Shown piece after piece: positions 28,665-38,543 of a stretch of 64,000 nt of DNA. The position numbers and the translations under genes were made by a program. The stretch lies in sequence record OR258281.1; one strand, written 5' to 3'. The notes beneath the pieces are model-generated. The model did not search any database. It had not been told where the DNA came from and saw nothing but the letters and a program-made list of their open reading frames with translations. Position 1 is the stretch's first letter. Every line of letters starts with the position of its first letter.

Positions 28665-29134
28665 TGAAACATTTTTTTGAAATAGTAAAACTAATCAATA
28701 AACTTTCTTCTAAAAATCTTTATACAAGAAGAAAAATATCTAAAATGGGTTGGTGCCATTCAATACACTTCAAATATTTTGATTCGATTAAGAATAGATA
28801 TATTGGAGCTAAGTCTTGTAAGTTTGGACCTAAACTATATGATGTAGAAGTATATTTCTTGAATAATAAATTAGTTATTACTGGTCAAAATATTAGGGTA
28901 TACAAATTTGTAGAAAACAATAATTTGTTTATAGATGCAGATGCCGTGTGTATTTTTGATTCAAATGAATTTACGAAAAGTGATGAATTTAATCTGAATC
29001 TTAGTACTAATATGGAAATTAGTGCAGCAGAGATTATTGCACTTCGGGATTATATTCACAAAAATAAGAGACTTCATAATAAAAAGATTAACGTTTTTTA
29101 TTATGGAATTGACCACATAGTAGGATTGGTATGA
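28664..29134 (+). CDS. FN-motif family small protein
   Basis: TKSDEFNLNLSTNMEISAAEI. Confidence 0.75.
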   Translation: MKHFFEIVKLINKLSSKNLYTRRKISKMGWCHSIHFKYFDSIKNRYIGAKSCKFGPKLYDVEVYFLNNKLVITGQNIRVYKFVENNNLFIDADAVCIFDSNEFTKSDEFNLNLSTNMEISAAEIIALRDYIHKNKRLHNKKINVFYYGIDHIVGLV

Positions 29135-29580
29135 AAAATAAAATACTCAAACTGCTTAGAAGTACTCTCAAGAAAAATTATAAAGCTAACTATGATGAGT
29201 TCGAACCTGCCATAACTGTTAAGAAACATGGAAAATGTTACTTAGTCAGAGGCAAACCAAATAATTTATATATAGCATATAGGAAGCCAAAACTATTAAA
29301 ACTTGGTCCTATTAAGTACCAATTAAGAATAATCTTTGACAATAATACTATATCTATTAATGCTAAACATATAACAATAACTAATTCGTATAAAAGAATA
29401 TTTCATAATAGTACTATTAGTTCTGAAGACGTTTTTAATCTATCAATGCGATATAATCTTGAGTTTGACATTGATACTATAACTAATGTCATAAAAGAAA
29501 TATCTAGTAATAAAAAATATCATAATAAACTTATAGTAATATACATCGGAAAGTTCGGTGATGAACTTATACCAGCATAA
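29131..29580 (+). CDS. FN-motif family small protein
   Basis: SSEDVFNLSMRYNLEFDIDTI. Confidence 0.75.
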   Translation: MKNKILKLLRSTLKKNYKANYDEFEPAITVKKHGKCYLVRGKPNNLYIAYRKPKLLKLGPIKYQLRIIFDNNTISINAKHITITNSYKRIFHNSTISSEDVFNLSMRYNLEFDIDTITNVIKEISSNKKYHNKLIVIYIGKFGDELIPA

Positions 29581-29589
29581 GGAGTATGC

Positions 29590-30120
29590 ATGAAAGTTGT
29601 TAATTTAGTTGGTGGTCCATGTTGTGGTAAGAGTACTACAGCAGCGGGGTTGTTTGCCAAAATGAAATTGAGTATGCAGTACAAGTGTGAACTAGTTACT
29701 GAAGTAATTAAAGACTATGTTTATGATGAAGCACAAAAGCCGATGCAGGATCAGATACTACTTACTGCGGAGTCAAACCATAAACTATTTCGTCTAAATG
29801 GTAAGGTTGATTTTGCTATATCAGATGCAGCGTTGATTAATGGAGTCATTTACAACATTTTCTATAAATCTGAGGATGACGTTTCTGATAAATTAGCTCT
29901 TGATCTCTTTGGCAGATATGATAATCTAGTGTTTCTTCTCCCTCGTAAGCCGACTTATGACAAATACGGTCGCACTCAAACGGAAGATGAAGCAAAAGAT
30001 ATTGATGAACTGTTCATGACCGTACTTGAGTCGTATCGTATTGAGTACTATGACATGCGAGAATATACACATGAAGAAATGCCTGACCGCATTTTCCAAA
30101 TTATTCAGAACCTCCGTTGA
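29590..30120 (+). CDS. P-loop kinase/ATPase (NadR-type AAA_28-like)
   Basis: VNLVGGPCCGKST, ELVTE, ISD, RTQTEDEA. Confidence 0.75.
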   Translation: MKVVNLVGGPCCGKSTTAAGLFAKMKLSMQYKCELVTEVIKDYVYDEAQKPMQDQILLTAESNHKLFRLNGKVDFAISDAALINGVIYNIFYKSEDDVSDKLALDLFGRYDNLVFLLPRKPTYDKYGRTQTEDEAKDIDELFMTVLESYRIEYYDMREYTHEEMPDRIFQIIQNLR

Positions 30121-30205
30121 TAAGTACTTTGGATTGTATATTGTACTTGCAATGTTTTTGTGGTTCTGCATCTATAACGAAGTATGGAATACGGTGTTTA
30201 AATGA
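30071..30205 (+). CDS. Small membrane peptide (44 aa, not in ORF track)
   Basis: MKKCLTAFSKLFRTSVDKYFGLYIVLAMFLWFCIYNEVWNTVFK; stop overlaps next ATG (ATGA). Confidence 0.45.
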   Translation: MKKCLTAFSKLFRTSVDKYFGLYIVLAMFLWFCIYNEVWNTVFK

Positions 30206-30435
30206 GTACTACTTATTCAAATACTAAACTAATGCTTCGGGAAAAACGTTTAGAAAAGGTAAGAAGCCTTGCTTCCCGGATTTGTGCTATTTCCTATAAA
30301 ATCAAAAGATGTGGTCTTATGGGTGAATGGGAAACATTACAGTCCTTGAAAAAAGAATTTTATGATTTGAATCTTACTAAGGTAGAAATGAATAGATTCA
30401 AACTGTATCGTGCACAACAATCAATTAAGTACTGA
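30202..30435 (+). CDS. Hypothetical protein
   Basis: 77 aa. Confidence 0.7.
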   Translation: MSTTYSNTKLMLREKRLEKVRSLASRICAISYKIKRCGLMGEWETLQSLKKEFYDLNLTKVEMNRFKLYRAQQSIKY

Positions 30436-30442
30436 GGAATCT

Positions 30443-30625
30443 ATGTCTTTTCAAATTTTAGTTCGAAGTATTAATCGGAATTCTTCTACTACTGATGTAT
30501 CTGTTACTGTACTTAAGTTTGATACCAGTGAAGAAGCAGATATTGCCTTTGACCGTCTTGAATCTGATAAAAAGTCACTGTATGAACATGGTCGTATTGG
30601 CGAATATAGTACTAAACTTTATTAA
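30443..30625 (+). CDS. Hypothetical protein
   Basis: ATG 30443 with GAGGA SD; 60 aa. Confidence 0.7.
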   Translation: MSFQILVRSINRNSSTTDVSVTVLKFDTSEEADIAFDRLESDKKSLYEHGRIGEYSTKLY

Positions 30626-30698
30626 TATGGAGTACAAATGAAGAAATTAACAAAAGGTCGCATGTCATACCATTGAGTATCTTTAACTTAATGGAGAC

Positions 30699-31259
30699 AT
30701 GCACATGCTTAACTACAATGATAACTACATTGTTCACAAATATACTGGTGAAGTTTACAGCGTAACACTTAAAGAACTGTTTACCAATTTCAACGCATAC
30801 AACTTCTTACGTCAGTTCGGTTATGGTACTGATTTTGGTAAGTACTTATCCGCTTATAGTTCAGGGCGTAATGGTGAGTATTGTTTCAGTGCTCATGATG
30901 CAGTACATCGTGTGTACTACCAGTATCTTTTCTTTATCACTACTAATAATGGTAAGCTTCTTCAACCTGAACAGGTTCTTACTGAGTATTGCATCAAGTA
31001 CGATCCCAACAATTACTGGTACTCAGGACGTAGGCGTTATGTTAGTACTGGTCGTAAACGCCGCTTTGGTCATTGTTTTCGTCATATGAAAACTACTGCT
31101 GAACGCAGGGCAGCAGCCGGAGTACTGAAAGAAGAAGGTGAACCCGAATTTCGCGGTTCCAGAAAGAATTTACCATCTTGCTGGGATGATTATGGTATTA
31201 GTACCTCACGTTCCTGGAAGAAACAAACAAAACGCAAACATCAACACAAGGGGAGCTAA
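30699..31259 (+). CDS. Hypothetical protein with basic C-terminus
   Basis: 186 aa, GGAG SD; LPSCWDD...RSWKKQTKRKHQ. Confidence 0.8.
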   Translation: MHMLNYNDNYIVHKYTGEVYSVTLKELFTNFNAYNFLRQFGYGTDFGKYLSAYSSGRNGEYCFSAHDAVHRVYYQYLFFITTNNGKLLQPEQVLTEYCIKYDPNNYWYSGRRRYVSTGRKRRFGHCFRHMKTTAERRAAAGVLKEEGEPEFRGSRKNLPSCWDDYGISTSRSWKKQTKRKHQHKGS

Positions 31260-31271
31260 ACGCTCCCTTTT
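31251..31271 (+). terminator. Intrinsic terminator
   Basis: GGGAGC-TAAAC-GCTCCC then TTTT. Confidence 0.8.
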
Positions 31272-31287
31272 CTTATGGGTAACTAAA

Positions 31288-31500
31288 ATGAAAGTATTTG
31301 GTATTCAGGATTTGAATTTTTTCACTGACGAACATGAACTTAAAAATTATGTTCATTTTACTGACTCATTGGAAAAGGCACAAGAATATGTACTTAAAAA
31401 GTACGGGGTTCATTGTGAGTTAGATCATGCAGTAGACTATGATGATGATGAAGAATATGGTGACAGGTCTGTTATTATTCAGGAAATCAAGGTTCAATAA
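31288..31500 (+). CDS. Hypothetical acidic protein
   Basis: Start moved to ATG 31288, after the terminator; 70 aa. Confidence 0.7.
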   Translation: MKVFGIQDLNFFTDEHELKNYVHFTDSLEKAQEYVLKKYGVHCELDHAVDYDDDEEYGDRSVIIQEIKVQ

Positions 31501-31874
31501 TGACTGAAGAAAAGATCCTGTATCTTATTAAAGAAAATGGTGTTTTTGTTGAGAGTACTCCAGTACTAAGAAACAATGATTCTCTTTTTAATACACTTTA
31601 TGATATGGTTCATGTAAAAAAGTATATTACTTGGGACCAGAAAGGTGATTCAAAAGGCTGGATGTGTCATACGTACCGAATCACTAATTTAGGTTTACTG
31701 CGGTTAGCACTATATCGTTTTTCTTACGCTATTAGAAAAGATGCATCAATTGAAGAAAATCGGTTGACCGAGCTAAAGGAATTGGTTAAAATCCATGAAC
31801 AAGACGCTGTGCAGCTTAAAACCTTGCTAGGAAAGGCTACACGTAAACAATTTAATAAAGCATTTCAGGATTAA
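31500..31874 (+). CDS. Hypothetical protein
   Basis: 124 aa. Confidence 0.75.
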   Translation: MTEEKILYLIKENGVFVESTPVLRNNDSLFNTLYDMVHVKKYITWDQKGDSKGWMCHTYRITNLGLLRLALYRFSYAIRKDASIEENRLTELKELVKIHEQDAVQLKTLLGKATRKQFNKAFQD

Positions 31875-31876
31875 TT

Positions 31877-32626
31877 ATGGTCTTTACTAAAGAACAAATC
31901 ATCGAAGTTTCAAAAGTATTAAAATTTGGTGAGGCTGATTGTGGTGTATTTTCTCAAGATGATATTGATACATTATATAAGCATCGCGATTATATTTCAG
32001 AACAGTATAATAATCATATTGCTGATTCTGAAAACGAACAACTAAAACTAAATTTCAGAAATGCATATTTAAGTACTTACAACTTTTATAGTACTCATAA
32101 TCCTTGTTACTATGTTGCATTAGTTCGTTGCTTAACTTTAGTTAATGTAGCCATTACATATAAGGTAGTACCTGAATTTAGAAATCATGTTGAAATGCAT
32201 CGAAACTTACTTATCGTAAGTAGACTCGTAAAATTTGATGAGAATAAAGCAATTACTAATGAAGACGAAATTACTGATATTGTTAAACCTAATAATGCAC
32301 TCATTGATTTCAGTTCAGTACTGGAAGTCATTAAGTTCTCTAAAGAACTAGGTAATAAAGGTACTTCTCCTAAACGTGAACAATCTGCGGTTCAAGCTAA
32401 GCTGATTGAAGAAGTAGGGGAACACTCAGTTGAGATCCAAATTCAGAATGGGATCACATACAAAGACGCTGGAGTAGATGGTATTGCAGGTGAAGCCGTT
32501 GACATTGCTATCTGTGCAATTGACAGTTTCGCACTTGAATATCCAGATAAGTCACCAGAAGAAATCTTTGGCATGTTCCAGACATATATGAGTACTAAAT
32601 TAGCCAAATGGAAACGTACTGTATGA
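31877..32626 (+). CDS. Protein with C-terminal MazG-like NTP pyrophosphatase domain
   Basis: KLIEEVGE...GEAVDIAICAID all-alpha NTP-PPase signature. Confidence 0.65.
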   Translation: MVFTKEQIIEVSKVLKFGEADCGVFSQDDIDTLYKHRDYISEQYNNHIADSENEQLKLNFRNAYLSTYNFYSTHNPCYYVALVRCLTLVNVAITYKVVPEFRNHVEMHRNLLIVSRLVKFDENKAITNEDEITDIVKPNNALIDFSSVLEVIKFSKELGNKGTSPKREQSAVQAKLIEEVGEHSVEIQIQNGITYKDAGVDGIAGEAVDIAICAIDSFALEYPDKSPEEIFGMFQTYMSTKLAKWKRTV

Positions 32627-33510
32627 CACCTGAAGAAGCATGGAAGTACCGAAAACAGCCATTTTTGTATAATAACAGATTAATTAGTACTATTCGTGGT
32701 GATTTGATTAAGTACTTCAAAAAAAATAAACATAAAGTGGTAATTGAACAAGGTACTGGAAATTCACCTCAAACGTTACGTATTTGTGAAAGAAATATGG
32801 AACATGTCATTTCTAATTTCTTTACCGTTAAGGTTAATAACACGGATGGAAAAGAAGTATTTTATGACTATGAATCATTTATTAACGGTGATATAACAGT
32901 TCGAGGTAGGTCAAGTACATTTATTTGTGATTCATGTGGAGATTCACTGTATTACGACTTAAGTGTTAATAAAGTCCAACTTTCACATGTAAACGACGAT
33001 AAATGTTTTCATGATAAAGAATATGTAATCAATTTAGAAGTACCAGATAATGGTCTTATGGCTATTGCCGATTATATAGGTAGTATTTTGGTTGATCCAT
33101 CTGAAACTATTAGTATTAATAATACAAAGGGTCAAATTGCATATTCAAAAAATGCAGAGGAACAAGGGTTTATTCATTTTTATGTTTCAAACTCATCACC
33201 TAGCGTATTTAAGATTGATGAAGATACTATTGTGGTTTCCAGAAGTTCAGCTTTCGAAAATGAAGACCAAGTACTAGATACTAAAAAATATCCTAATATT
33301 AAAAAGCTAGGAAGTATCTGTACTGATTTTTGGTGGTTCACCATGGCAGCAAAAGATCATTGTGAGAAACTTGATAGTACTGGACATATGTATAACAAAG
33401 ATGATGTAGATATTATCGAAATGACTCCCGGAAAATGGACATGTACTGTCCATTTTCCTGATGATTATGATGACGCTGAAATCTTTGCTACTTTAAAGAG
33501 AGTAAAATGA
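32623..33510 (+). CDS. Hypothetical protein
   Basis: ~295 aa; CDSC motif. Confidence 0.8.
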   Translation: MTPEEAWKYRKQPFLYNNRLISTIRGDLIKYFKKNKHKVVIEQGTGNSPQTLRICERNMEHVISNFFTVKVNNTDGKEVFYDYESFINGDITVRGRSSTFICDSCGDSLYYDLSVNKVQLSHVNDDKCFHDKEYVINLEVPDNGLMAIADYIGSILVDPSETISINNTKGQIAYSKNAEEQGFIHFYVSNSSPSVFKIDEDTIVVSRSSAFENEDQVLDTKKYPNIKKLGSICTDFWWFTMAAKDHCEKLDSTGHMYNKDDVDIIEMTPGKWTCTVHFPDDYDDAEIFATLKRVK

Positions 33511-33893
33511 TACTTACAAGACAACAGATGATTGATATTGCAGTAATAATGCAATCTTCACTTGATGACCGAATGGAACACTTAGGGCGTACCATTTGCA
33601 AACAGATAGTACTTTTGTGTGATGAATATAAAGCATGTATTACCGTAAGTGAGAAACTTGCAGTGCATGATAAGATTTTTGAGTACCTTAATACTCTTGA
33701 GCCTTATCAAATGTTAGCATCTATTACAATGTTTATGCTTGATGGAGTAAAATTCATTGATATTACTTCACCTAAGTATCAAGCATTTGTCTCATTATTT
33801 GCACCAGTACTTGAAGAACAATCATATATAGATTCTAACCGAGTATCTGATATTGATTATGTTAATAGTCTTAACAACAAATATGAGTTCTAA
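33507..33893 (+). CDS. Hypothetical protein
   Basis: 128 aa. Confidence 0.75.
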   Translation: MILTRQQMIDIAVIMQSSLDDRMEHLGRTICKQIVLLCDEYKACITVSEKLAVHDKIFEYLNTLEPYQMLASITMFMLDGVKFIDITSPKYQAFVSLFAPVLEEQSYIDSNRVSDIDYVNSLNNKYEF

Positions 33894-34148
33894 ATGAAAA
33901 GTAAATTAAGCATAGATTTTGGTACTAAAACACTTGAATTAGATGTTGAGTGGGATGGTACTCAAGTAACTGGTATTGATACTGATATTTGTGAAGATTT
34001 ATTCTTTTCTGATAAGTATGAAGATTTGTGGGATAGTGGTGAACACCCTACAATGATTGTAGAATCTCATGACGGACAAAGTTCTGTTGTTAGATTTGAA
34101 GAAATGGCAGGCGAACTATTCTCTAATAACCCATATAAGGTACTGTAA
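33894..34148 (+). CDS. Hypothetical acidic protein
   Basis: 84 aa. Confidence 0.7.
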   Translation: MKSKLSIDFGTKTLELDVEWDGTQVTGIDTDICEDLFFSDKYEDLWDSGEHPTMIVESHDGQSSVVRFEEMAGELFSNNPYKVL

Positions 34149-34149
34149 A

Positions 34150-34704
34150 ATGAAACAGATTTTTGCTTTGGTAATTCTGTGTTTAGCTTTCACTCTTACT
34201 GGATGTGATGATCGTAATGATGTTGAAGTTGCGTTATTTGAACAATGTAGTAAAGCCAATAAAATCGAATGCATTACAGAATACCGCAGTACTCTAAAGT
34301 CGTTGGATTGTGACGGAAGTCAATGTAATCCAAAAGAAACACCATTTGCTAGATCAATTGATGTATTCAAAATTGATGATAGAATGTTTAAAATCCGTCA
34401 CCCTGAAATGAAATCTATTTCTGAGATCTACTTTGAAAGTACTGGAAATTCACTTTATTCGGGTGCAGCAGTAATCCATAGTTCAAGTACGGATGATGTG
34501 AAGAAAGTAGATAATACTTTTGTACTTTCACCTCAGATGTATGATGAACTGATTAATGCAGTTCGTACCTGTAACCGTGCGACTATCAGTGCTACTCAAT
34601 TTCCTATTGGTAGTAAGCTGTCTCCAGAAGATTATAACAAAGTAATGAATATTATTCTGGACTGCAAACAGTACCAACTGGACGAAGCAATTAACAAAAA
34701 GTAA
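34150..34704 (+). CDS. Putative lipoprotein
   Basis: MKQIFALVILCLAFTLTGC lipobox; several Cys. Confidence 0.75.
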   Translation: MKQIFALVILCLAFTLTGCDDRNDVEVALFEQCSKANKIECITEYRSTLKSLDCDGSQCNPKETPFARSIDVFKIDDRMFKIRHPEMKSISEIYFESTGNSLYSGAAVIHSSSTDDVKKVDNTFVLSPQMYDELINAVRTCNRATISATQFPIGSKLSPEDYNKVMNIILDCKQYQLDEAINKK

Positions 34705-34713
34705 GGGTTTAAT

Positions 34714-35013
34714 ATGAAAGGAATTAAACATTCTATAGATATTGGTTCTCACGTAAGATACATTTCAAGTCAATCCCTCGAAAAAGGTACAGTTATTGAG
34801 GTTAATAAAAGTACCTTTACTATCAAAACCAGTACGGGGGATTTGAGAGTCAATAAAGAAAAAGTTGTTTCTGTTCGGGATATTTGTACTGTAGTATGTG
34901 ATTCATCTAAAGATAAAAATGGAAATAGTTGTTATTTTGATTATGACAATTATCCAAATCTCAATAAGATGGTTACTTATTTTAAAGAGCCAAGCTTATA
35001 TCATGTAATTTAA
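34714..35013 (+). CDS. Hypothetical protein
   Basis: 99 aa. Confidence 0.7.
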   Translation: MKGIKHSIDIGSHVRYISSQSLEKGTVIEVNKSTFTIKTSTGDLRVNKEKVVSVRDICTVVCDSSKDKNGNSCYFDYDNYPNLNKMVTYFKEPSLYHVI

Positions 35014-35016
35014 GGG

Positions 35017-35625
35017 TTGATCATGTCAGCAATTGATTGTGGTAATGTAGTACATGTTGCAGAGTATTATGATATTTCATTGTACTGGCCTATTGAAGAA
35101 CAGAATCGAGGTGCAGTTACTGATTTACCATATGACAAAGGGTTAGTACTCAATAAGAATCAGATTGTTATTGGCGGTGGTTCTGGTGAACATCCCGCTA
35201 TGGTAATTGATATTGACTACGCTATTAGTACTTTAGCCACTATTCAAGACTCAAGATACTTTGGGGTTCGCGGTCATGTAGATAAAGGTTCTTGGCGAGT
35301 GCAGGATTTAATGAGACTATATCAAAAGATGGGTCTTAATGATGAATCCGATTCTTTTGAATGTACTATACTACTGGATATAGCAACTTTTGTTATTGCT
35401 GAACTTCCTTTGGAAGAATGTATTGTTAATCCAGAAGTACTTAAGTACGCACAGAATAAGAAGCAAAACTTCTCATGGGAGTTCTTCAGAGGTTTTACTG
35501 GTGTACTTAATTGCTGTAAAGAAGGTCGAACTACTGTACCTGATCCCAATGAACCAAGTGGCCGTAAGGTAATATGGGGTTATTCACTTGAAGATTGGTA
35601 TAAAGATAATGGTGGTCGTAAATGA
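35017..35625 (+). CDS. Hypothetical protein
   Basis: ~200 aa. Confidence 0.75.
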   Translation: MIMSAIDCGNVVHVAEYYDISLYWPIEEQNRGAVTDLPYDKGLVLNKNQIVIGGGSGEHPAMVIDIDYAISTLATIQDSRYFGVRGHVDKGSWRVQDLMRLYQKMGLNDESDSFECTILLDIATFVIAELPLEECIVNPEVLKYAQNKKQNFSWEFFRGFTGVLNCCKEGRTTVPDPNEPSGRKVIWGYSLEDWYKDNGGRK

Positions 35626-36023
35626 AAGAGTTTCTAATCGGTTTAGTATTACTTGTTATTAGCGGATTAAGTACCTTAGCTTACAACTACTATACTGCAC
35701 CACTTAAAGGTAATGTACAGGAACGTCAGCTTATTGAATCCGGTTCTAATCGCATTGAACAGTATGAATCTTACTTTAATCAATGCGTGGCAATTCAGGG
35801 GTATGAAGGTTCTATTGATGTTCAAAAAGATTTACTTAAGTCTGAAACTGATAAAGAAAACATTCAACATATCAAAACTGTGATTGCTGGTATCTCTGCA
35901 CAACGTGTTCGTGCTATTGCACAATATAATGCAGATGTTGTTAAGTTAACAAAAAGCAAATATATCGATACATCTCTTCCTAATTATATTAATACTGAAG
36001 GTAAAACAAAATGCGTAAACTGA
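35622..36023 (+). CDS. Membrane-anchored coiled-coil protein
   Basis: N-terminal TM; overlaps the following lipoprotein gene. Confidence 0.75.
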   Translation: MKEFLIGLVLLVISGLSTLAYNYYTAPLKGNVQERQLIESGSNRIEQYESYFNQCVAIQGYEGSIDVQKDLLKSETDKENIQHIKTVIAGISAQRVRAIAQYNADVVKLTKSKYIDTSLPNYINTEGKTKCVN

Positions 36024-36538
36024 TTAAAGTACTTCTTACTTCTCTTGCAGTTCTTTCTTTAACTGCATGTGATGTACAACCATCATCACGTGATGTAAAT
36101 ATGCAGCAACAGGAAGATGTTATGACACGTGCAACTCATGCTGTACCTGTACCACAGGTTAGTAACTTTCTTGCTCGGGAAGCTGTTGCTAAACAGGTAC
36201 GCCGGTTAGACGAAAAAGGTAAGCTATTCTACGTATATGTTACAACTCCAATGGGTCAAATTATGGGTTATTATGTAAGTAATACCCGGCCAGTTGCAAC
36301 TTGCTCATTACTTACCCCACCAGAAGAACAGGAAGGTAATGGCAATGGTGCAAACGTAATGAAAACTCCAGGACTTGGTGGTACGTATTCACCTAATCCA
36401 AGTTGCGGTGGTGTATTCTTCTTTGATGCAGAAACTGATGCATATATTGAAATCAGTGGACTTTCATACTTTGTTTCTGATCAGCCTTTATCATTAAAAG
36501 CTGAACCAATTAAAGTACAACAGAAACAGGATCATTAA
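36011..36538 (+). CDS. Putative lipoprotein
   Basis: LAVLSLTAC lipobox. Confidence 0.8.
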   Translation: MRKLIKVLLTSLAVLSLTACDVQPSSRDVNMQQQEDVMTRATHAVPVPQVSNFLAREAVAKQVRRLDEKGKLFYVYVTTPMGQIMGYYVSNTRPVATCSLLTPPEEQEGNGNGANVMKTPGLGGTYSPNPSCGGVFFFDAETDAYIEISGLSYFVSDQPLSLKAEPIKVQQKQDH

Positions 36539-36540
36539 TA

Positions 36541-36864
36541 ATGAGAAAAGAAAAGATAAATGTCGTTACTATTGACGATTATTTTTATGGCGTGCCGGTA
36601 TTTGTTACTGATTGGATTACATCTGAACCACCTGAAGATGATACAACTGATGAAGAAATTCCAGAAGAAGTACTTGAATACTTAGAAATTGATGAAAGTG
36701 ACGATGATAGTGTTATTTGTGTAAGTACTTTGAATCATCAGAATGATCGAGCATTAGTACTTCTTTCATACGGAATATCTTTTGATAGTATTGAAGAACT
36801 CAAAGATTATTTTGACGAAGACAAATACGAAATTGGTGATGAGTTTCATTACGTAGACTATTAA
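36541..36864 (+). CDS. Highly acidic small protein
   Basis: About 32 D/E versus 6 K/R in 107 aa. Confidence 0.75.
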   Translation: MRKEKINVVTIDDYFYGVPVFVTDWITSEPPEDDTTDEEIPEEVLEYLEIDESDDDSVICVSTLNHQNDRALVLLSYGISFDSIEELKDYFDEDKYEIGDEFHYVDY

Positions 36865-36867
36865 AAA

Positions 36868-36895
36868 TAATAGTACTGGAAATCCAGTACTATTA
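36868..36895. repeat. Perfect 12-bp inverted repeat built from two AGTACT sites
   Basis: TAATAGTACTGG-AAAT-CCAGTACTATTA; no T tract. Confidence 0.8.
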
Positions 36896-36920
36896 ACCAA
36901 CCATGAGAAATTTATTCTTC

Positions 36921-37097
36921 ATGAAAAAAGCTTTAATTGCGTTGACTCTACTGCTTGTAGGTTGTAAGATGGACGGTACATATCGTGAAGAATATCTTCC
37001 GGTTTATCTAGAAACTGGCACAGAATGTGCACAGATGGAGCCAACAGTTTATCTGATTAATGGCATCCCAAATTTCAAATACATCTGCTATCGGTAA
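36921..37097 (+). CDS. Small putative lipoprotein
   Basis: MKKALIALTLLLVGC lipobox. Confidence 0.7.
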   Translation: MKKALIALTLLLVGCKMDGTYREEYLPVYLETGTECAQMEPTVYLINGIPNFKYICYR

Positions 37098-37100
37098 TAT

Positions 37101-38357
37101 ATGAAACTGAATCCAAAAGAAGTACTCTTTGAAGTTACTGAACCAACTGCAACCGAAAATCTTACAGTTGCAGTACATGCACTTAACGATAATGATGGTG
37201 AATGTGACGAAGATATTTGTCCAAATGAAAACTTCACTGGATTAAATCATAAAGGTTCTAATCTAATTTTTTCTGATGAAGGTTATGGTGCGTGGTCAGT
37301 AGAAACACGTGACGGAACCGAACCAACACGTCATCAAGTAATTGAGTACTTACAGGATTACGGTTTCACTTATTGTACAGCAGATGATTTGAGTACTTAT
37401 AAGGCTGGTACAATTGGAAAAGTACCACTTGAAAGTACCTATCTGGTACTGAGTAAAATGTCTGATGTTCTCATTGAACTCGTGCCAGTAATCAATACAA
37501 GATGTATCAGGAAACCAACCCTAATGTATGTAGCATCGGCTAAGTTTAGTCATGATACTACAGTTGGTGCTGTAATTGAAGATGTTCACTATAATTCAGG
37601 TGAGAAAATCTTTGGTTCTGATTGTCATTCAGTATATAACATTTTTGGCGATACTGATGATGTCAAGGGTATGATCCAAGATTTAGCACAAGAAATATTA
37701 CGTGATAGTACTTCAGTACATAATCTTCATTCTGATATTGGTGATTATATTGTTTTATCTATGTGGGAAAAGGATGGTAAAGCATTCGGTACTATAAGTA
37801 TGGACTGTGAATACGTTTCTGACGCCTATAATGCAGTACTTGACTCTAATGATAAAGTACAAGCTGTACATGGCGGTGCTGCATGTGATGATCTTGATTT
37901 AACATATGCTATCATGCAGTATCTGAAAGTTGATGAGTATGACGAAGAAGAAGATGATGACGATGAAGATGAAGATCTAATTGAGTTCTTTAAAAATAAT
38001 GATATTGTAGATTACAATACTTGTTTTGAACTGATGAAATTTGTAGTGCGTAATGTACTTACAATTCAGATGGACGATGATATGAAACTTGGTCTTAAAG
38101 TTAAACTGGCAATGGATAAACATGAAGTTAAAATGTCCGGGTCATCTTATAGTCCAGTACGTTTAACTTATAATGCTGGTGCTTCATCTAAAGAATATAA
38201 CTTAGAAATTCAGGGTACTACCCTGATCACCAAATACGGCAAGATTGGTAAAGCTCTAAAAGTAGAAGAAAAAGACTTAGGTACTGAAGAAAAAGTACTT
38301 AAAGAATATACCAAAAAGCTTAACTCAAAAGTTAAGTCAGGTTATCAAATTTCTTAA
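37101..38357 (+). CDS. Acidic protein with C-terminal WGR domain
   Basis: SSKEYNLEI...ITKYGKIG...KLNSKVKSGY WGR pattern; poly-D/E tract. Confidence 0.7.
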   Translation: MKLNPKEVLFEVTEPTATENLTVAVHALNDNDGECDEDICPNENFTGLNHKGSNLIFSDEGYGAWSVETRDGTEPTRHQVIEYLQDYGFTYCTADDLSTYKAGTIGKVPLESTYLVLSKMSDVLIELVPVINTRCIRKPTLMYVASAKFSHDTTVGAVIEDVHYNSGEKIFGSDCHSVYNIFGDTDDVKGMIQDLAQEILRDSTSVHNLHSDIGDYIVLSMWEKDGKAFGTISMDCEYVSDAYNAVLDSNDKVQAVHGGAACDDLDLTYAIMQYLKVDEYDEEEDDDDEDEDLIEFFKNNDIVDYNTCFELMKFVVRNVLTIQMDDDMKLGLKVKLAMDKHEVKMSGSSYSPVRLTYNAGASSKEYNLEIQGTTLITKYGKIGKALKVEEKDLGTEEKVLKEYTKKLNSKVKSGYQIS

Positions 38358-38367
38358 GGAACTAATA

Positions 38368-38535
38368 ATGATTCGTGCATATGTTAAAAAATCCATCGTT
38401 GCTATTGCATTATCGGTGATCTTTATTATTGCAGGGCATCTGTCACTAGAAATTATCTTTCTATTAAGTGTACTCATTGCATTGATTGCGGATTTCAATA
38501 TTGAATTTAATGGTTTTACAATCGGTAAAAAGTAA
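38368..38535 (+). CDS. Small two-TM membrane protein (55 aa, not in ORF track)
   Basis: AAGGA SD; MIRAYVKKSIVAIALSVIFIIAGHLSLEIIFLLSVLIALIADF... Confidence 0.65.
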   Translation: MIRAYVKKSIVAIALSVIFIIAGHLSLEIIFLLSVLIALIADFNIEFNGFTIGKK

Positions 38536-38543
38536 TAAGAACT

